The position numbers and the translations under genes are program-made. Positions 11,429-21,885 of a stretch of 64,000 bases of DNA are shown piece after piece. Source of the stretch: an uncultured delta proteobacterium (GTDB lineage Bacteria > Desulfobacterota > WTBG01 > CAIYCZ01); contig CAWDOY010000031.1 in assembly GCA_963803975.1 (NCBI GenBank), positions 8,745-72,744 of the forward strand, written 5' to 3'. The number at the start of each line of letters is the position of its first letter. The first letter of the stretch is position 1. Below the pieces are notes generated by a model. It was given only the letters and a program-made list of their open reading frames with translations, had not been told where the DNA came from and ran no database searches.

Positions 11429-13875
11429 TCATTTAGTACATTTACCACGGAGTTTACAAATAGTAATCTCATCCTCGAATATTGAGAACCCTACTTGGTT
11501 CTTTACCTTCAGATTATACGGCCCTGAAGCAAAATGCTCCTTGGGAAGAACAATCACTGCCGTGCTTTCCCCGGTCACAGGATTCATCTTATCGCTGATG
11601 ATTTTGCATTTATCATTTAAATCGCCTGGCGGGCCAAAATAGAACTTCAAGCTGCTATCCTTGTTCCCAAAGAACCCGCCTTTCACCGTGAACTGGTTAT
11701 TACAATTCTGCTGAGTTAAGCTGCAAACTACCGGGGCCATAATTTCAAATGCATCTTCATATACTATCTCATCACACCTCTTTTCCTTTGATCTTAATAT
11801 CATATATACCGGGCGGTAATGCGCTGTTGATCTCACACACTAGTTTTGTATTGCTAGAGGACAGAGCCTTGCATTTTTTACTGCCAATATATACGCTTGC
11901 AGACTTCAAACAAGTGCCCGTGATGGTTATTTTAGTGCCGAGGGTGCCCTGCAGCGGAGAGATCGGTATGACTCAACTGGATCAATTCCCAGCCGCCCTG
12001 CGGTTTGTCCGGATCAGTCTCGAGGTTCATAGGATTCGCCATCCCGAGGTAGAAAATATTCTGAGTTGTGGTCTGGTTGCAAAAGTCTTGGGGTGTGGTT
12101 TTATACGCAAAGTCTTGGGGCGCTGAAGAATCAGCAAGACCATCTGTCTGAGGTTCAGAGGGAAGCATGGTGCGAATACCATAGTTAAGGTAATTCCCCA
12201 CTCCATCATTTGACTCAAGAGTAAAAGGCTGATCAGCACTCCTGGCCACAAACAGGTCTGCACCGAAACCCAGTTGGGGCTGCAGGTGGTCCATGAACTC
12301 TTCAAGCATTTCCGGATCTAATGTTATTCCGGGAATGGCAGGGTTTGCTCCACCCTGCTGGTTGGCTAAAGTAACAAGCATCTGTTCCAGTACATAGCTC
12401 CAGTCAAATGTGCCAACAAGCAGACTGGCAAATGCAGGTGTTTTCTTAAAACCAACGCCCATGGTCCAGGTATAGGTGTTGAAGAAATTACCAATCCCTG
12501 ATGGTCCATATTTGGGCACAGGGTTTGGCATTTTATTCTGATGCATAGCATCTTCTGCAATAGTGTAACTTTTGGCAGCAGAGTCATATACCGGTAGATA
12601 CTGTTCACCATACAGTATTTCTATTTGCTGGCCCGGTGTGCCGAAGTTTTTACCGGCAAAAATGCTGATAGCCCGGTGCGTGCCTAACGCGGTGGTCAGG
12701 AAATCATCTGTTCCCAAACCATCTCCTGCAGGATCAAGATTGATTACACCCTTCTCAGCGAGTCCTAATGCGACTTGTGTTGCTAAAAATGGTACGTGCA
12801 TGGTTCCCCAGAATAGAGTGCCATCAAAGGAAGCAAGATCACCACCTGCATAGGTACTTACAACAAATTTGTCAGGTTCATAGTCGGATGACTTCCATAC
12901 TTTAACCCAGTTGTTCGCATCTGTACTGGTTAATCCTCCCGGAGGGACTACCGGGCTCATGTAGAGGCTTATCGGAGGTGATGGTTGACCACCCAGTAGT
13001 GTAGCTGGCCAGGTCGTGATAAATAGACGACCTTCATGCAGGGCGATGTTTGACCCCTCTGTATCCAGGTTTCCAACAACTTCGAACTGGAATGGATCGA
13101 CATCACTTCCAATCCACCGTAACACGGTCCCACCACCAGCGGTGTTCTGTACAGCGGTATAAAGCACGCCGTCAACAGCTGCCCATTTTCTGATATCATT
13201 ATATTCCGGGAAATTTTTAGCGCCTAACGATGAGCCGTCAGATTTAAATGCAAACATATTGATGCCATTCCCTAAGCCTGGCCCTGCCAGGAAAATTACA
13301 TCATTTAATGAGCCGGCTGAACGAAGGCCTAATGTTTTGTTGATGAGAGGTCCTGCTAAAGGTGTTCTGTCAATTACGTCTTGAGTTTCCGGGTTGTATT
13401 CATAGATTCTTGGCGCCCTCCAATCACCGATAGAAGCAGGCAGAGGCGGCACTAACGGGCCCTCTCCAAACTCGCATACAAATGAAGGAGCTTCTATTGG
13501 CGTACCAGCTGATCCTAATATTCCACCGATAACAAGGCAAAGCACATTCGGAGCAGTTCCAAACCAGACGTTCCCCTGCTGGGTAAGCCCCCATACGTAT
13601 GCCTGGTTTACTTTTGGCTTGCCTTCACTACAGGGTGGTTTCGTTATAGGCTCACCAATTCCGTTAAAACACTCATCCGGTTGCGCCTTTGCGACCACTT
13701 TTTTTGCAAAAAATGGTTCTGGAATTTGTGGGGTGTTGTAGATATTTGCATAGTACGTTAACAAGTCACTCAAAGGCCCTGGTGGTATCTGCGCCTGAGA
13801 CAGTGGTGCCAGTAACAGTACCATGAAGAGACTCGACAGAATGATCCCGGCTGATTTATTTTTTATCTTTTTCAT
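11429..13875 (-). CDS. large secreted protein with C-terminal IPT/TIG domains, frameshifts near 11945 and 11785
   Basis: ORF 11932..13875 has a signal peptide. An alternative frame continues GTLGTKITITG...VYIGSKKCK...LPPGIYDIK, then ORF 11429..11836 (FEIMAP...MNPVTGES) parallels the 8477..9271 protein. Confidence 0.7.
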
Positions 13876-14014
13876 ACTCCCCTCCGGATTAAATTAGGTT
13901 TGTTGTTTAAAAACTATTAAACGTAACTCTCTTTTTAAAACTTTTTTTGTCTTGGTTTTGGTACCTCCTTTCAGAATTTAATTGTCATTTTTATTGACGT
14001 TGAAATCAAAAATA

Positions 14015-14057
14015 AAAAACGCTAACAGGTAATATAAACCTGAAAGCGGTTTTTTTT
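14015..14057 (-). promoter_or_regulatory. leader hairpin with T-tract (possible attenuator)
   Basis: Sequence-related to 9443-9484. Lies about 140 bp upstream of the 13875 start. Confidence 0.4.
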
Positions 14058-14355
14058 AATGAATTTAAGAACTAATGAAGCTTGCATGTCACCCCTTCTG
14101 CTGGTCATGTCTGCCTCTTTTAATGTGTTCTTATTATTACGTATAATGTGATTTAGTGAGAGTAATCTTTCAATTTGTTGCAATTATATATATATGCGAA
14201 ACCTTGTCAAGCAAAACAAATTATGTTTATAAAATATTATAATGGCGATTATTTAATTAAATTATAAATAATAAATTATAAACATATTTTATTTATATAA
14301 TATAATACAAAATTAAATTAATAATAAGGTATAAAAGGAACCGCCCGTTTTACAT

Positions 14356-14505
14356 GTTCAGATATAGATTGACACCATGCCCAGAGTAGCAAGAACTGTA
14401 GCAAAAGGATATTCCCATCATATAACTCAGCAGGGAAATTAACTGCTGGTGGTATTTGAGGCCGAGGCCGACTACCTGCAGTATAGGGAATGGTTACAAC
14501 AATAG
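14356..14505 (+). pseudogene. truncated, mutated duplicate of the 5' end of the RAYT transposase
   Basis: Nearly identical to 16478-16627 (TGTTCAGATATAGATT...ATGCCCAGAGTAGCAAGAAC...) but with in-frame TAA and TAG. Confidence 0.9.
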
Positions 14506-14510
14506 GGGGT

Positions 14511-14540
14511 AATCAGTGACCGGCACACCGGTCACTGATT
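14511..14540 (-). terminator. perfect hairpin, likely terminator of the 14559 gene
   Basis: AATCAGTGACCGG-CACA-CCGGTCACTGATT. Confidence 0.6.
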
Positions 14541-14558
14541 GAAAGCATAGGAATCTTT

Positions 14559-15857
14559 CTATTTTGCTAATTCCCAGAACTGTATACAGGAATATTCATT
14601 TGTCCTTTCCGGAAGGAAAAAATTTCCAAACTCTACCTGCTCCAGTTTGACAATGCCTTTGCCTTTTGCCAGCCACTGCCAGCCAACCCGAACTTTTTCC
14701 ATCTTGAATTCAAAGGCACGCGAGATATTAAATAAGGATATCTTTATGCAGTCTTTGAATTCTCCGGCGGGCACTGTCACATCCTCGATGCATACGGGGA
14801 TGTTTGAATGCTGTATCTCAGTGGTAAAATCAAGATTAGGTGTCCTGCTCGGGTACGCGCAAATTCTTGGATATGCGGCAGAGGTAAAAAACGAGCCGAT
14901 ATTCAGGGTGCCGGGCAGAACTATTACCGGAGCTTCCGGCGGCAGGAAGGCCGTGAGACTCCGCATTGCTGATCTGAATATCTGGGGAAGCACCAGGCCT
15001 TCAGGAGTAAGCGCATAATAAAAAGTATCATTGGGGGAGCCTGATTCCGGCATATTATAAACCAGCGGCGTTGTCAGCCACTGGTCGATTTTTTCCTGTT
15101 TTTTTATCTCTATGGAAGCCGGTTTGCCGTCATGACTTTTATAAACACTGGTGGTGCCGGCGGTAAGCGGAAAATAATCTTTAGTTGAAAAACGCCTGAC
15201 CGGCTGCAGTTTTGAACCTGCATATGATTTCAGCGTATAGATTTTTTCCGCATTCCCCTGTTTCACTGCCCGTTTCACCGGGCCGATGGTCGGAGCCAGC
15301 CAGATTGTTTCAACAACAGACGCATCGCCGTCTTTTATAGTCCTTTCAACAACCGCGCAATTTCTTATTTCCTGTTTATCAACCGTCATATCCTCTACAC
15401 TTTTCAGGCTGATGGTTATGGTGCGGTTGATCTGCCCGGTTTCCTTGAATTCCCCTTTCCCTCCGGGCATAGAGAACACTTTCATGCGCACATCTGTGGT
15501 AACCGGTTTATCCGGGTCAATCTCCCGGGGCAGAAAAAGTACCGGCTTCTCGGGAATGATATATTTATCCGGCTCATATTCTCCACAGATATACAGCCCG
15601 CCCCATTCATCACGCATGCTGAGAAACCGGCAGTTATCCTGCTGCAATATAAATACAGTGCCGACCGTGCGCTCAGTGAACGTGCCATTTATCGACCAGG
15701 TGGAAAGCAGCTTATCCCCGGGGGATGAAAAGTTCCAGAACTTGCCTTGTTGCACGGGGAAATAGCCGGTTAACACAAGAGCCGCGGCATTAGCCGCGAA
15801 CAAGCATACCATCAGACCGCACACCACCGCCGGACCAACAATCCTTCTGCAGCACAT
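14559..15857 (-). CDS. secreted protein with two tandem DUF3108/TapB-like beta domains
   Basis: Signal peptide, then two units each starting YFP...G and ending W.AP.IGPVK / VTVPAGEFKDC...WLAKGKGIVK. Confidence 0.7.
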   Translation of the reverse strand: MCCRRIVGPAVVCGLMVCLFAANAAALVLTGYFPVQQGKFWNFSSPGDKLLSTWSINGTFTERTVGTVFILQQDNCRFLSMRDEWGGLYICGEYEPDKYIIPEKPVLFLPREIDPDKPVTTDVRMKVFSMPGGKGEFKETGQINRTITISLKSVEDMTVDKQEIRNCAVVERTIKDGDASVVETIWLAPTIGPVKRAVKQGNAEKIYTLKSYAGSKLQPVRRFSTKDYFPLTAGTTSVYKSHDGKPASIEIKKQEKIDQWLTTPLVYNMPESGSPNDTFYYALTPEGLVLPQIFRSAMRSLTAFLPPEAPVIVLPGTLNIGSFFTSAAYPRICAYPSRTPNLDFTTEIQHSNIPVCIEDVTVPAGEFKDCIKISLFNISRAFEFKMEKVRVGWQWLAKGKGIVKLEQVEFGNFFLPERTNEYSCIQFWELAK

Positions 15858-15887
15858 ACAAATCCTCCTTCGCTATTCTGTTTTCAG

Positions 15888-16349
15888 TTATTGAAGCATT
15901 TTCAAGATATTTGCAGCTTTTTCCAGGGCGGTGAAAAGCTCCCGCTGTTTTTCCCTGGAAAGTTTTCCTATAATGCGCTCTATTTCACGGGTCCGCTTCT
16001 TCATAAATCTAAGCAAAAGCTGCTTCCCTTCCGCAGAAAGACAAATGCGCACATACCGCTCGTCCCCGGGGTCCCTGAATTTTTTAACCATGTTCTTTTT
16101 CTCCAGGCGCTTTATTATAGGGGTCATATTAGACAGGGGGACGTGTGCAGTGCCGCTGAGCTCGCTGAGGGTGTATTCGCCGTTGATATCTACGAAAGCT
16201 GACAGGGCCTTTAACTCGGCAAGGCTGAAATCAAATTCTTCTTTCAGCACCGTACCGGCCATTGTTTTCCTGAAATACTGGCTGAAGAAAGACTTGAGGC
16301 TTTGCATCTGCTCTTCAAGGTTGTGGTATTCTTTGTAATGATGTTTCAT
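15888..16349 (-). CDS. MarR-family transcriptional regulator
   Basis: TLSELS...SNMTPIIKRLEKKNMV...DERYVRICLSAEG. Confidence 0.9.
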   Translation of the reverse strand: MKHHYKEYHNLEEQMQSLKSFFSQYFRKTMAGTVLKEEFDFSLAELKALSAFVDINGEYTLSELSGTAHVPLSNMTPIIKRLEKKNMVKKFRDPGDERYVRICLSAEGKQLLLRFMKKRTREIERIIGKLSREKQRELFTALEKAANILKMLQ

Positions 16350-16444
16350 CGGGACTTCGGCCGGACTATGGTCACGTAATTATAGATGTAATCATTATAT
16401 TTATAAGCATTGGCGAGGTCAACACTAAAATTCACGGGATAATA

Positions 16445-17182
16445 GGGACAGCGCCTATTTTATGTTGACAAAACGAATGTTCAGATATAGATTAACACTA
16501 TGCCCAGAGTAGCAAGAACCGTAGCAAAAGGATATCCCCATCATATAACTCAGCGGGGAAATTACCGGCAGGTGGTATTTGAGGCCGAGGCCGACTACCT
16601 GCAGTATCTGGAATGGTTAAAACAATATGGTAATAAATACGGACTTGATATCTGGGCCTACTGTCTTATGAACAACCATGTCCACTTTGTTTGTGTGCCA
16701 AAAAAACAAGATTCCCTGTCACGTACTTTTAATACCCTGCACATGCGATACTCACAGCATGTAAACCGTCGCAAGAAAGTCAGCGGTCATTTATGGCAGG
16801 GGAGATTTTATTCCACAATACTTGATGAAGCGCATGTTTACGCATCAATACGCTATGTGGAGAACAACCCGGTACGAGCAGGTGTGGTTAAGAATGCAGA
16901 AGATTACCAATGGTCAAGTGCGCGGGATCATATCAAGGGGAATTTTGATGATGCTATCGTGTCAAATAACTGCTATTTATTGGAGGAAGTTAAAGATTGG
17001 CGCAGGTACTTGCGTGAGAGAGAAGACGAAAAAATGATACATACTATCAGGAAGGGATCACTGACGGGTCGGCCCAGCGGTGATGAGGGTTTTGTAAAGA
17101 GACTGGAAAAGAAATTCGGGCGGCGTTTACAGGCGTTACCGCATGGCAGGCCGAAGAAAACAGAAAAATAGGCGCTGGCCCC
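16445..17182 (+). mobile_element. RAYT element bounded by ~17-bp inverted repeats
   Basis: GGGACAGCGCCTATTTT (16445-16461) and AAAATAGGCGCTGGCCCC (17165-17182). Confidence 0.65.
16500..17171 (+). CDS. REP-associated tyrosine (HUH/Y1) transposase
   Basis: MPRVAR, HHITQRGN, AYCLMNNHVH, GHLWQGRF, YVENNPVRAG and YQWSS motifs. Confidence 0.92.
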   Translation: MPRVARTVAKGYPHHITQRGNYRQVVFEAEADYLQYLEWLKQYGNKYGLDIWAYCLMNNHVHFVCVPKKQDSLSRTFNTLHMRYSQHVNRRKKVSGHLWQGRFYSTILDEAHVYASIRYVENNPVRAGVVKNAEDYQWSSARDHIKGNFDDAIVSNNCYLLEEVKDWRRYLREREDEKMIHTIRKGSLTGRPSGDEGFVKRLEKKFGRRLQALPHGRPKKTEK

Positions 17183-17196
17183 ATGAAGGGGAATTG

Positions 17197-17955
17197 ATGT
17201 ATTTAAAAGAGATTACGGCTTATTTAGACCATTACCTGAACGTTGCTGCCTTTCGCGATGATGCGGCAAACGGGCTGCAGGTGGAAAACAGCGGCAGCGT
17301 AGAAAAAGCAGCAGTGGCGGTTGATGCATGCCTTGAAACAATAGCCGGGGCTAAGGCAGCAGGCTGCACGATGCTGATTGTGCACCACGGCCTGTTCTGG
17401 GGCAGGCCGTTTGTCCTTACCGGGAATATATATCAGCGCATCAGCGCTCTCATTAAAGCTGATATGGCGCTGTATGCGGCGCACCTGCCCCTTGATGCTC
17501 ATCCTGACGTGGGCAATAATGCGCAGATTGCCCGGGAAATCGGCCTCAGCGCTATCGAGCCCTTTGCCCGCTATCATGGCCAGCTTATCGGCATGAAGGG
17601 AGCGCTCACTCCCGCACAGCCGCTCGCTGCTTTTGCAAAAAAACTGGAAGCAATCATTGGCTCCTGCCACGAACTTCTTGAGTTCGGGCCGCGGGAGATA
17701 AAGACCGTGGGCATTGTGTCCGGCTCTGCTTCCGACCCTGAGCTCATCAGTGAACTCCACGACCAGAGCATCGACCTCTTTGTCACCGGAGAGCCGAAGC
17801 ACGGGGCATACTACCTCATTCAGGAACTCGGCCTGAATATTTTTTATGGGGGACACTACCGTACCGAACGGTTCGGCCCGCAGGCCCTTGGCGAGCATCT
17901 GCAGAAACAGCTGGGCCTGCCTGCCGTCTTCATAGACGCACCATCACCGTTTTGA
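17197..17955 (+). CDS. Nif3-like dinuclear metal-centre protein (YbgI family)
   Basis: NGLQVE, HHGLFW, HLPLDAHPDVGNN and GHYRTERFG motifs. Confidence 0.93.
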   Translation: MYLKEITAYLDHYLNVAAFRDDAANGLQVENSGSVEKAAVAVDACLETIAGAKAAGCTMLIVHHGLFWGRPFVLTGNIYQRISALIKADMALYAAHLPLDAHPDVGNNAQIAREIGLSAIEPFARYHGQLIGMKGALTPAQPLAAFAKKLEAIIGSCHELLEFGPREIKTVGIVSGSASDPELISELHDQSIDLFVTGEPKHGAYYLIQELGLNIFYGGHYRTERFGPQALGEHLQKQLGLPAVFIDAPSPF

Positions 17956-18054
17956 ACACGTGGCACGGGACTCGGGGCTCGTGATTCGTGAAACCGGCCA
18001 GTTTGTTTGTGATCTAACCCCGAACCACCAGCCACTAATCCCGAACTATAAACA

Positions 18055-20025
18055 TTGATTTCATTAAACAATATAGCCAAGCACTACAGCGGGGAATATC
18101 TCTTTAAGGATGTGACCCTCCACTTTGGCGACCGGGAGCGCGTTGCCATTGTGGGAGCCAATGGAACCGGCAAATCCACGCTGATGAAAATCATGGTGGG
18201 CCAGCTTGAGCCGGACAGCGGCGCGGTGACACAGTCCCGCTCAAACACCGCCGCTTACCTGCCGCAGGACGGGGTTTATCACCAGGGCAAAACCCTCCTT
18301 GATGAAGCGGCGACCGCGTTTGATGATGTGCTGCTGCTGCACAGAAGAATCGATGCCATCAACAAAGAGCTCGAGGTCCTGACGGAAAACGGGGACCCCG
18401 CGTCTCCGGAGATGCACACGCTGCTCGAGGAGATGGGAAAGCTGCAGCACCATCTTGAGCACCGCCAGGGCTACAGCATCGAAGCGCGCTGCAAGCAGAT
18501 TCTCTCGGGCCTGGGATTTTCCGAGCGTGATTTTGCGCGCATGACCGATGAGTTCAGCGGCGGCTGGCAGATGCGCATCGAACTGGCAAAGCTGCTGCTC
18601 CGGGAGCCCACCATTCTGCTGCTTGATGAGCCCACCAACCACCTGGACCTTGAATCCCTGGAATGGCTTGAATCCTATTTGCAGAGCTATGATGGCTCCG
18701 TTATCATCATCTCCCACGACAGCCGTTTTCTGGATAACCTGGTTGCGCGGACTCTTGAGGTATCTCTGGGCAGGCTTGTGGAATACAGCGGCAATTACGC
18801 CGCCTATCTCAAGCAGAAATCCCAGCGCCTGGCAGCGGCTGAATCAGCTTACGACAATCAGCAGCGGCTCATAAAGCAGACCATGGCCTTTGTGGAGCGG
18901 TTCCGCTATAAGGCAACCAAAGCGCGCCAGGTGCAGAGCCGGCTGCGGATGCTTGACAAGATGGAGCACGTTGCCGTAGAACGTGAGGAGCAGGAGATTG
19001 ATTTCAACTTTCCCCAGCCTGCAGCCCCGGGCCGTGTTGTTATGGAGCTGAAAGATCTTGGCAAGGCGTATGGAAGCGTGAGCGTTCTTCAGGATGTATC
19101 ACTCAAAATTGACCGCGGCGATCGCATTGCCATGCTGGGCGTCAATGGCTCCGGAAAATCAACCCTGGCGCGCATTATGGCCGGGCTTGAGCTGTTTGAG
19201 ACCGGCCAGCGCATCCCCGGGCACAATGTCAGCATCTCCTATTTTGCCCAGCACCAGGCAGAGGACCTGGACGGGCAGAAAACGGCTCTCCAGACACTCC
19301 AGGAGCTGGCGCCTGCGGAGAGCGTCACGCGCCTGCGCTCATTGCTGGGGCTGTTTCTGTTTCCCGGGGATGATGTTTTTAAAAAAGTTGCGGTGCTGTC
19401 AGGCGGAGAAAAGAGCCGCCTCGCCCTTGCCAAGATGCTTCTTATGAAAGCAAATTTTCTCATCCTTGATGAGCCGACCAACCACCTTGACGTGGCCTCC
19501 AAGGCAGTGCTGCAGCAGGCGCTGGATAACTTTTCCGGCTCTTACGTCATCGTTTCCCATGACCGTGATTTCCTGGAGCCGCTTATCACTAAGATAGTCG
19601 ATATTAAAGATGGACAGGTGTGCGTGATGCCGGGCACGGTAGGAACCTATCTGGAGAAGCTCCATGCAGCGCAGCAGGATACCTTTCAGCTGCGCGACCC
19701 GGCAGGGCACGCGGTGCAGAAAAAATCGCCGTTTCATCTTGAAAAGCTGCGCAAGCGCGACGAGGCAGAAAAGCGGCAGGATCGCTACCAGAGGCTTAAG
19801 CCGCTGAACGCTGTCCTGGAAACTATAGAAGAAGAAATTACCCGTGCCGAGCAGCGCAAGGCCGAGATTGAAGCAGCGCTTGCTGATCATAAGACCTATG
19901 AAAACGAGGAGCTGGCCCGCTCAATGAATATTGAGTACCGGGAAATAAACTCCCGCATTGAAACCCTGTATGAAGAATGGACGCAGGTCCATGAACAGAT
20001 AGAGCAGATAGGGACTGATGAATAA
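18055..20025 (+). CDS. ABC-F family ATPase
   Basis: Two ABC domains (GANGTGKST/FSGGW/DEPTNHLD and GVNGSGKST/LSGGE), no transmembrane segments, C-terminal coiled coil. Confidence 0.95.
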   Translation: MISLNNIAKHYSGEYLFKDVTLHFGDRERVAIVGANGTGKSTLMKIMVGQLEPDSGAVTQSRSNTAAYLPQDGVYHQGKTLLDEAATAFDDVLLLHRRIDAINKELEVLTENGDPASPEMHTLLEEMGKLQHHLEHRQGYSIEARCKQILSGLGFSERDFARMTDEFSGGWQMRIELAKLLLREPTILLLDEPTNHLDLESLEWLESYLQSYDGSVIIISHDSRFLDNLVARTLEVSLGRLVEYSGNYAAYLKQKSQRLAAAESAYDNQQRLIKQTMAFVERFRYKATKARQVQSRLRMLDKMEHVAVEREEQEIDFNFPQPAAPGRVVMELKDLGKAYGSVSVLQDVSLKIDRGDRIAMLGVNGSGKSTLARIMAGLELFETGQRIPGHNVSISYFAQHQAEDLDGQKTALQTLQELAPAESVTRLRSLLGLFLFPGDDVFKKVAVLSGGEKSRLALAKMLLMKANFLILDEPTNHLDVASKAVLQQALDNFSGSYVIVSHDRDFLEPLITKIVDIKDGQVCVMPGTVGTYLEKLHAAQQDTFQLRDPAGHAVQKKSPFHLEKLRKRDEAEKRQDRYQRLKPLNAVLETIEEEITRAEQRKAEIEAALADHKTYENEELARSMNIEYREINSRIETLYEEWTQVHEQIEQIGTDE

Positions 20026-20196
20026 ATCTGGGGACATAAGGCACAGACGAGAGTGCAGAAGGTGGAAGGGAAGTAGGTGGACTCGTGCCACCCTCCGCAG
20101 TGTTTAAAAAACAAGCGTATTGGTGATTACTACGTAAAAGTTTAAATTTGGACTGGCAACATTTATAAGTGCTACGGAGGACGGGTGATTACAGGG

Positions 20197-20274
20197 ACGT
20201 GAAAAGTGAAAGGTGAAATCCCGATTCACGAATTCCCGATTCACCCATTCACCTATTTATCTTTAAACAGGAGG
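20197..20274 (+). repeat. leader repeat, inverted copy at ~22761-22842
   Basis: 32 identical nt ACGTGAAAAGTGAAAGGTGAAATCCCGATTCA, with similarity continuing to the RBS. Confidence 0.8.
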
Positions 20275-20279
20275 CTGTT

Positions 20280-20522
20280 ATGAAAAAATTTTTTTTGCTG
20301 GCATTGATACCGCTCAGTTTTTTATGTTTTATCTGCTCCGGCTGCTCACGGGCAAAGGAAGCGGAGCCGGAGAAGGGGAGCATTGATAAATTTACTGAGC
20401 AGACCGGGCGCGAAGCAGCAGAGGCAATAAAGAAGCCCATTAACAAGGCAAAAGATATTGATACGATGGCGCAGGAGCGACTGAAGAACCTGGAAAAACA
20501 GGATGCGGAAAAGAGCGAGTAG
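20280..20522 (+). CDS. small lipoprotein
   Basis: MKKFFLLAL...CSGC lipobox-like signal and GGAGG RBS. Confidence 0.75.
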   Translation: MKKFFLLALIPLSFLCFICSGCSRAKEAEPEKGSIDKFTEQTGREAAEAIKKPINKAKDIDTMAQERLKNLEKQDAEKSE

Positions 20523-20619
20523 GCTGGTGTTAAAACAATTCCTGCGGTTTCAGCCGTCACGATATCTTGTTTTTCTGCTGGTTATTTCAGCATGTTCCGG
20601 CAGCGAAGGGGAGATCGCC

Positions 20620-21411
20620 ATGAAGCAGCAAAATGTTTGTGATTTCAGGAAGCTGGATAATCCAAGGGTTCTTGCCTTTGTTTTTCATCCGCAAAAAGAC
20701 CGGTCATCTGTACCTCCAGCGGGCGCTCTCGATTATTACGTAACCGCTGCTGATGGTATCAGGATAGGGTGCCGGTTTTATATTAAGGACGCGCAGGCTC
20801 CTTCGATTCTCTTCTTTCACGGCAACGGCGAGATCGTGAGTGACTATGATGATATCGGCCCCGTCTATAACAGCTTCGGGCTGAACCTGCTGGCCGTAGA
20901 CTTTCGCGGTTACGGGAAGAGCGACGGCACGCCCACCGTCACCGCGATGCTGAGCGACGCGCACGTCATATTCCAAGAGGTGCGAACGTGGCTGAAGGAG
21001 AAGGGCATGAATGGCCCCCTGTGGGTAATGGGCAGGTCTCTCGGCTGCGTCTCGGCGCTTGAGCTTGCGTCAACGCGCGGAGCAGATATATCAGGTGTGA
21101 TTATCGAGAGCGGTTTTGCCTACACGGTGCCGCTGCTCAAGTTTCTCGGCGTGGATACTGACGGTCTCGGCATTAAAGAAACTGACTGCTTCAGCCATGT
21201 GGAAAAAATCGAGCGCGTTACTATGCCCACGCTCATTATTCATGCTCAATATGATCAGTTCATTCCAATGTCAGATGCGCAAACTTTGCTCAAGCACTCT
21301 GCTGCGCAGAAGAAGCAGTTAATGGAGGTGAAGGGGGCTGACCACAACTCGGTTATCATGAAGGCGGGAAAAAGCTATTTTGAAACCATACGGCAGTTTA
21401 TAACAAAATGA
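20620..21411 (+). CDS. alpha/beta hydrolase; start may be further upstream, to 20503
   Basis: FHGNGE, DFRGYGKS, GRSLG nucleophile elbow, HAQYD and GADHN. Confidence 0.9.
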   Translation: MKQQNVCDFRKLDNPRVLAFVFHPQKDRSSVPPAGALDYYVTAADGIRIGCRFYIKDAQAPSILFFHGNGEIVSDYDDIGPVYNSFGLNLLAVDFRGYGKSDGTPTVTAMLSDAHVIFQEVRTWLKEKGMNGPLWVMGRSLGCVSALELASTRGADISGVIIESGFAYTVPLLKFLGVDTDGLGIKETDCFSHVEKIERVTMPTLIIHAQYDQFIPMSDAQTLLKHSAAQKKQLMEVKGADHNSVIMKAGKSYFETIRQFITK

Positions 21412-21421
21412 GGAGATTATC

Positions 21422-21859
21422 ATGACAACGGTAAGCAGGAAAAATATTATTATCCTGGTTGTGCTTCTTTGCAGCGTCGTGCTTAGCGCCTGGGGCGATT
21501 CAGTGGCCGTCGCAGCGGAGAAAGCAACGGTCGCAACAATTATTATACAGGACCGATCGGACGGAATAAGCCCTGTTTCAGTGGACGTGAAGAGAGGGGA
21601 CACGGTAGTGTGGTACAACCAGGGTAAGTATCCTGTTACCATCAGCGTGAAGCAGCGGATCGGGATTGTATGCTCCCCGCTGGTCAATTTCAATGCCGAC
21701 CCTGCCGGCAATTACAGGACCGGCGTGCTACCCCACGGTGCCACAGCGAGCCTGTGTTTCCTCCATGGGGGCACGTATACCTTCGAGGTTCGCTGGCTGA
21801 ATACGAAGGAAAAAAAGTTCTCGGCAAAGGCTGTGACCGGGTCCGTGGCAGTTAAGTGA
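21422..21859 (+). CDS. secreted cupredoxin-fold protein
   Basis: Signal peptide, ISPVSVDVKRGDTVVWYN, GTYTFEV...GSVAVK. Canonical type-1 Cu ligands are not evident. Confidence 0.65.
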   Translation: MTTVSRKNIIILVVLLCSVVLSAWGDSVAVAAEKATVATIIIQDRSDGISPVSVDVKRGDTVVWYNQGKYPVTISVKQRIGIVCSPLVNFNADPAGNYRTGVLPHGATASLCFLHGGTYTFEVRWLNTKEKKFSAKAVTGSVAVK

Positions 21860-21885
21860 TAGTGCCGCAGCTCAGCCTTTTGTAA

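Noticed and set aside
13880..14335. Known riboswitch (e.g. c-di-GMP) in the long leader of the secreted protein
   Set aside because: No recognisable aptamer consensus by eye. Only the hairpin reported separately was found.
16500..17171. IS200/IS605 element with TnpB or an RNA guide
   Set aside because: No tnpB/iscB follows. The next gene is Nif3-like, and the motifs fit the RAYT type.
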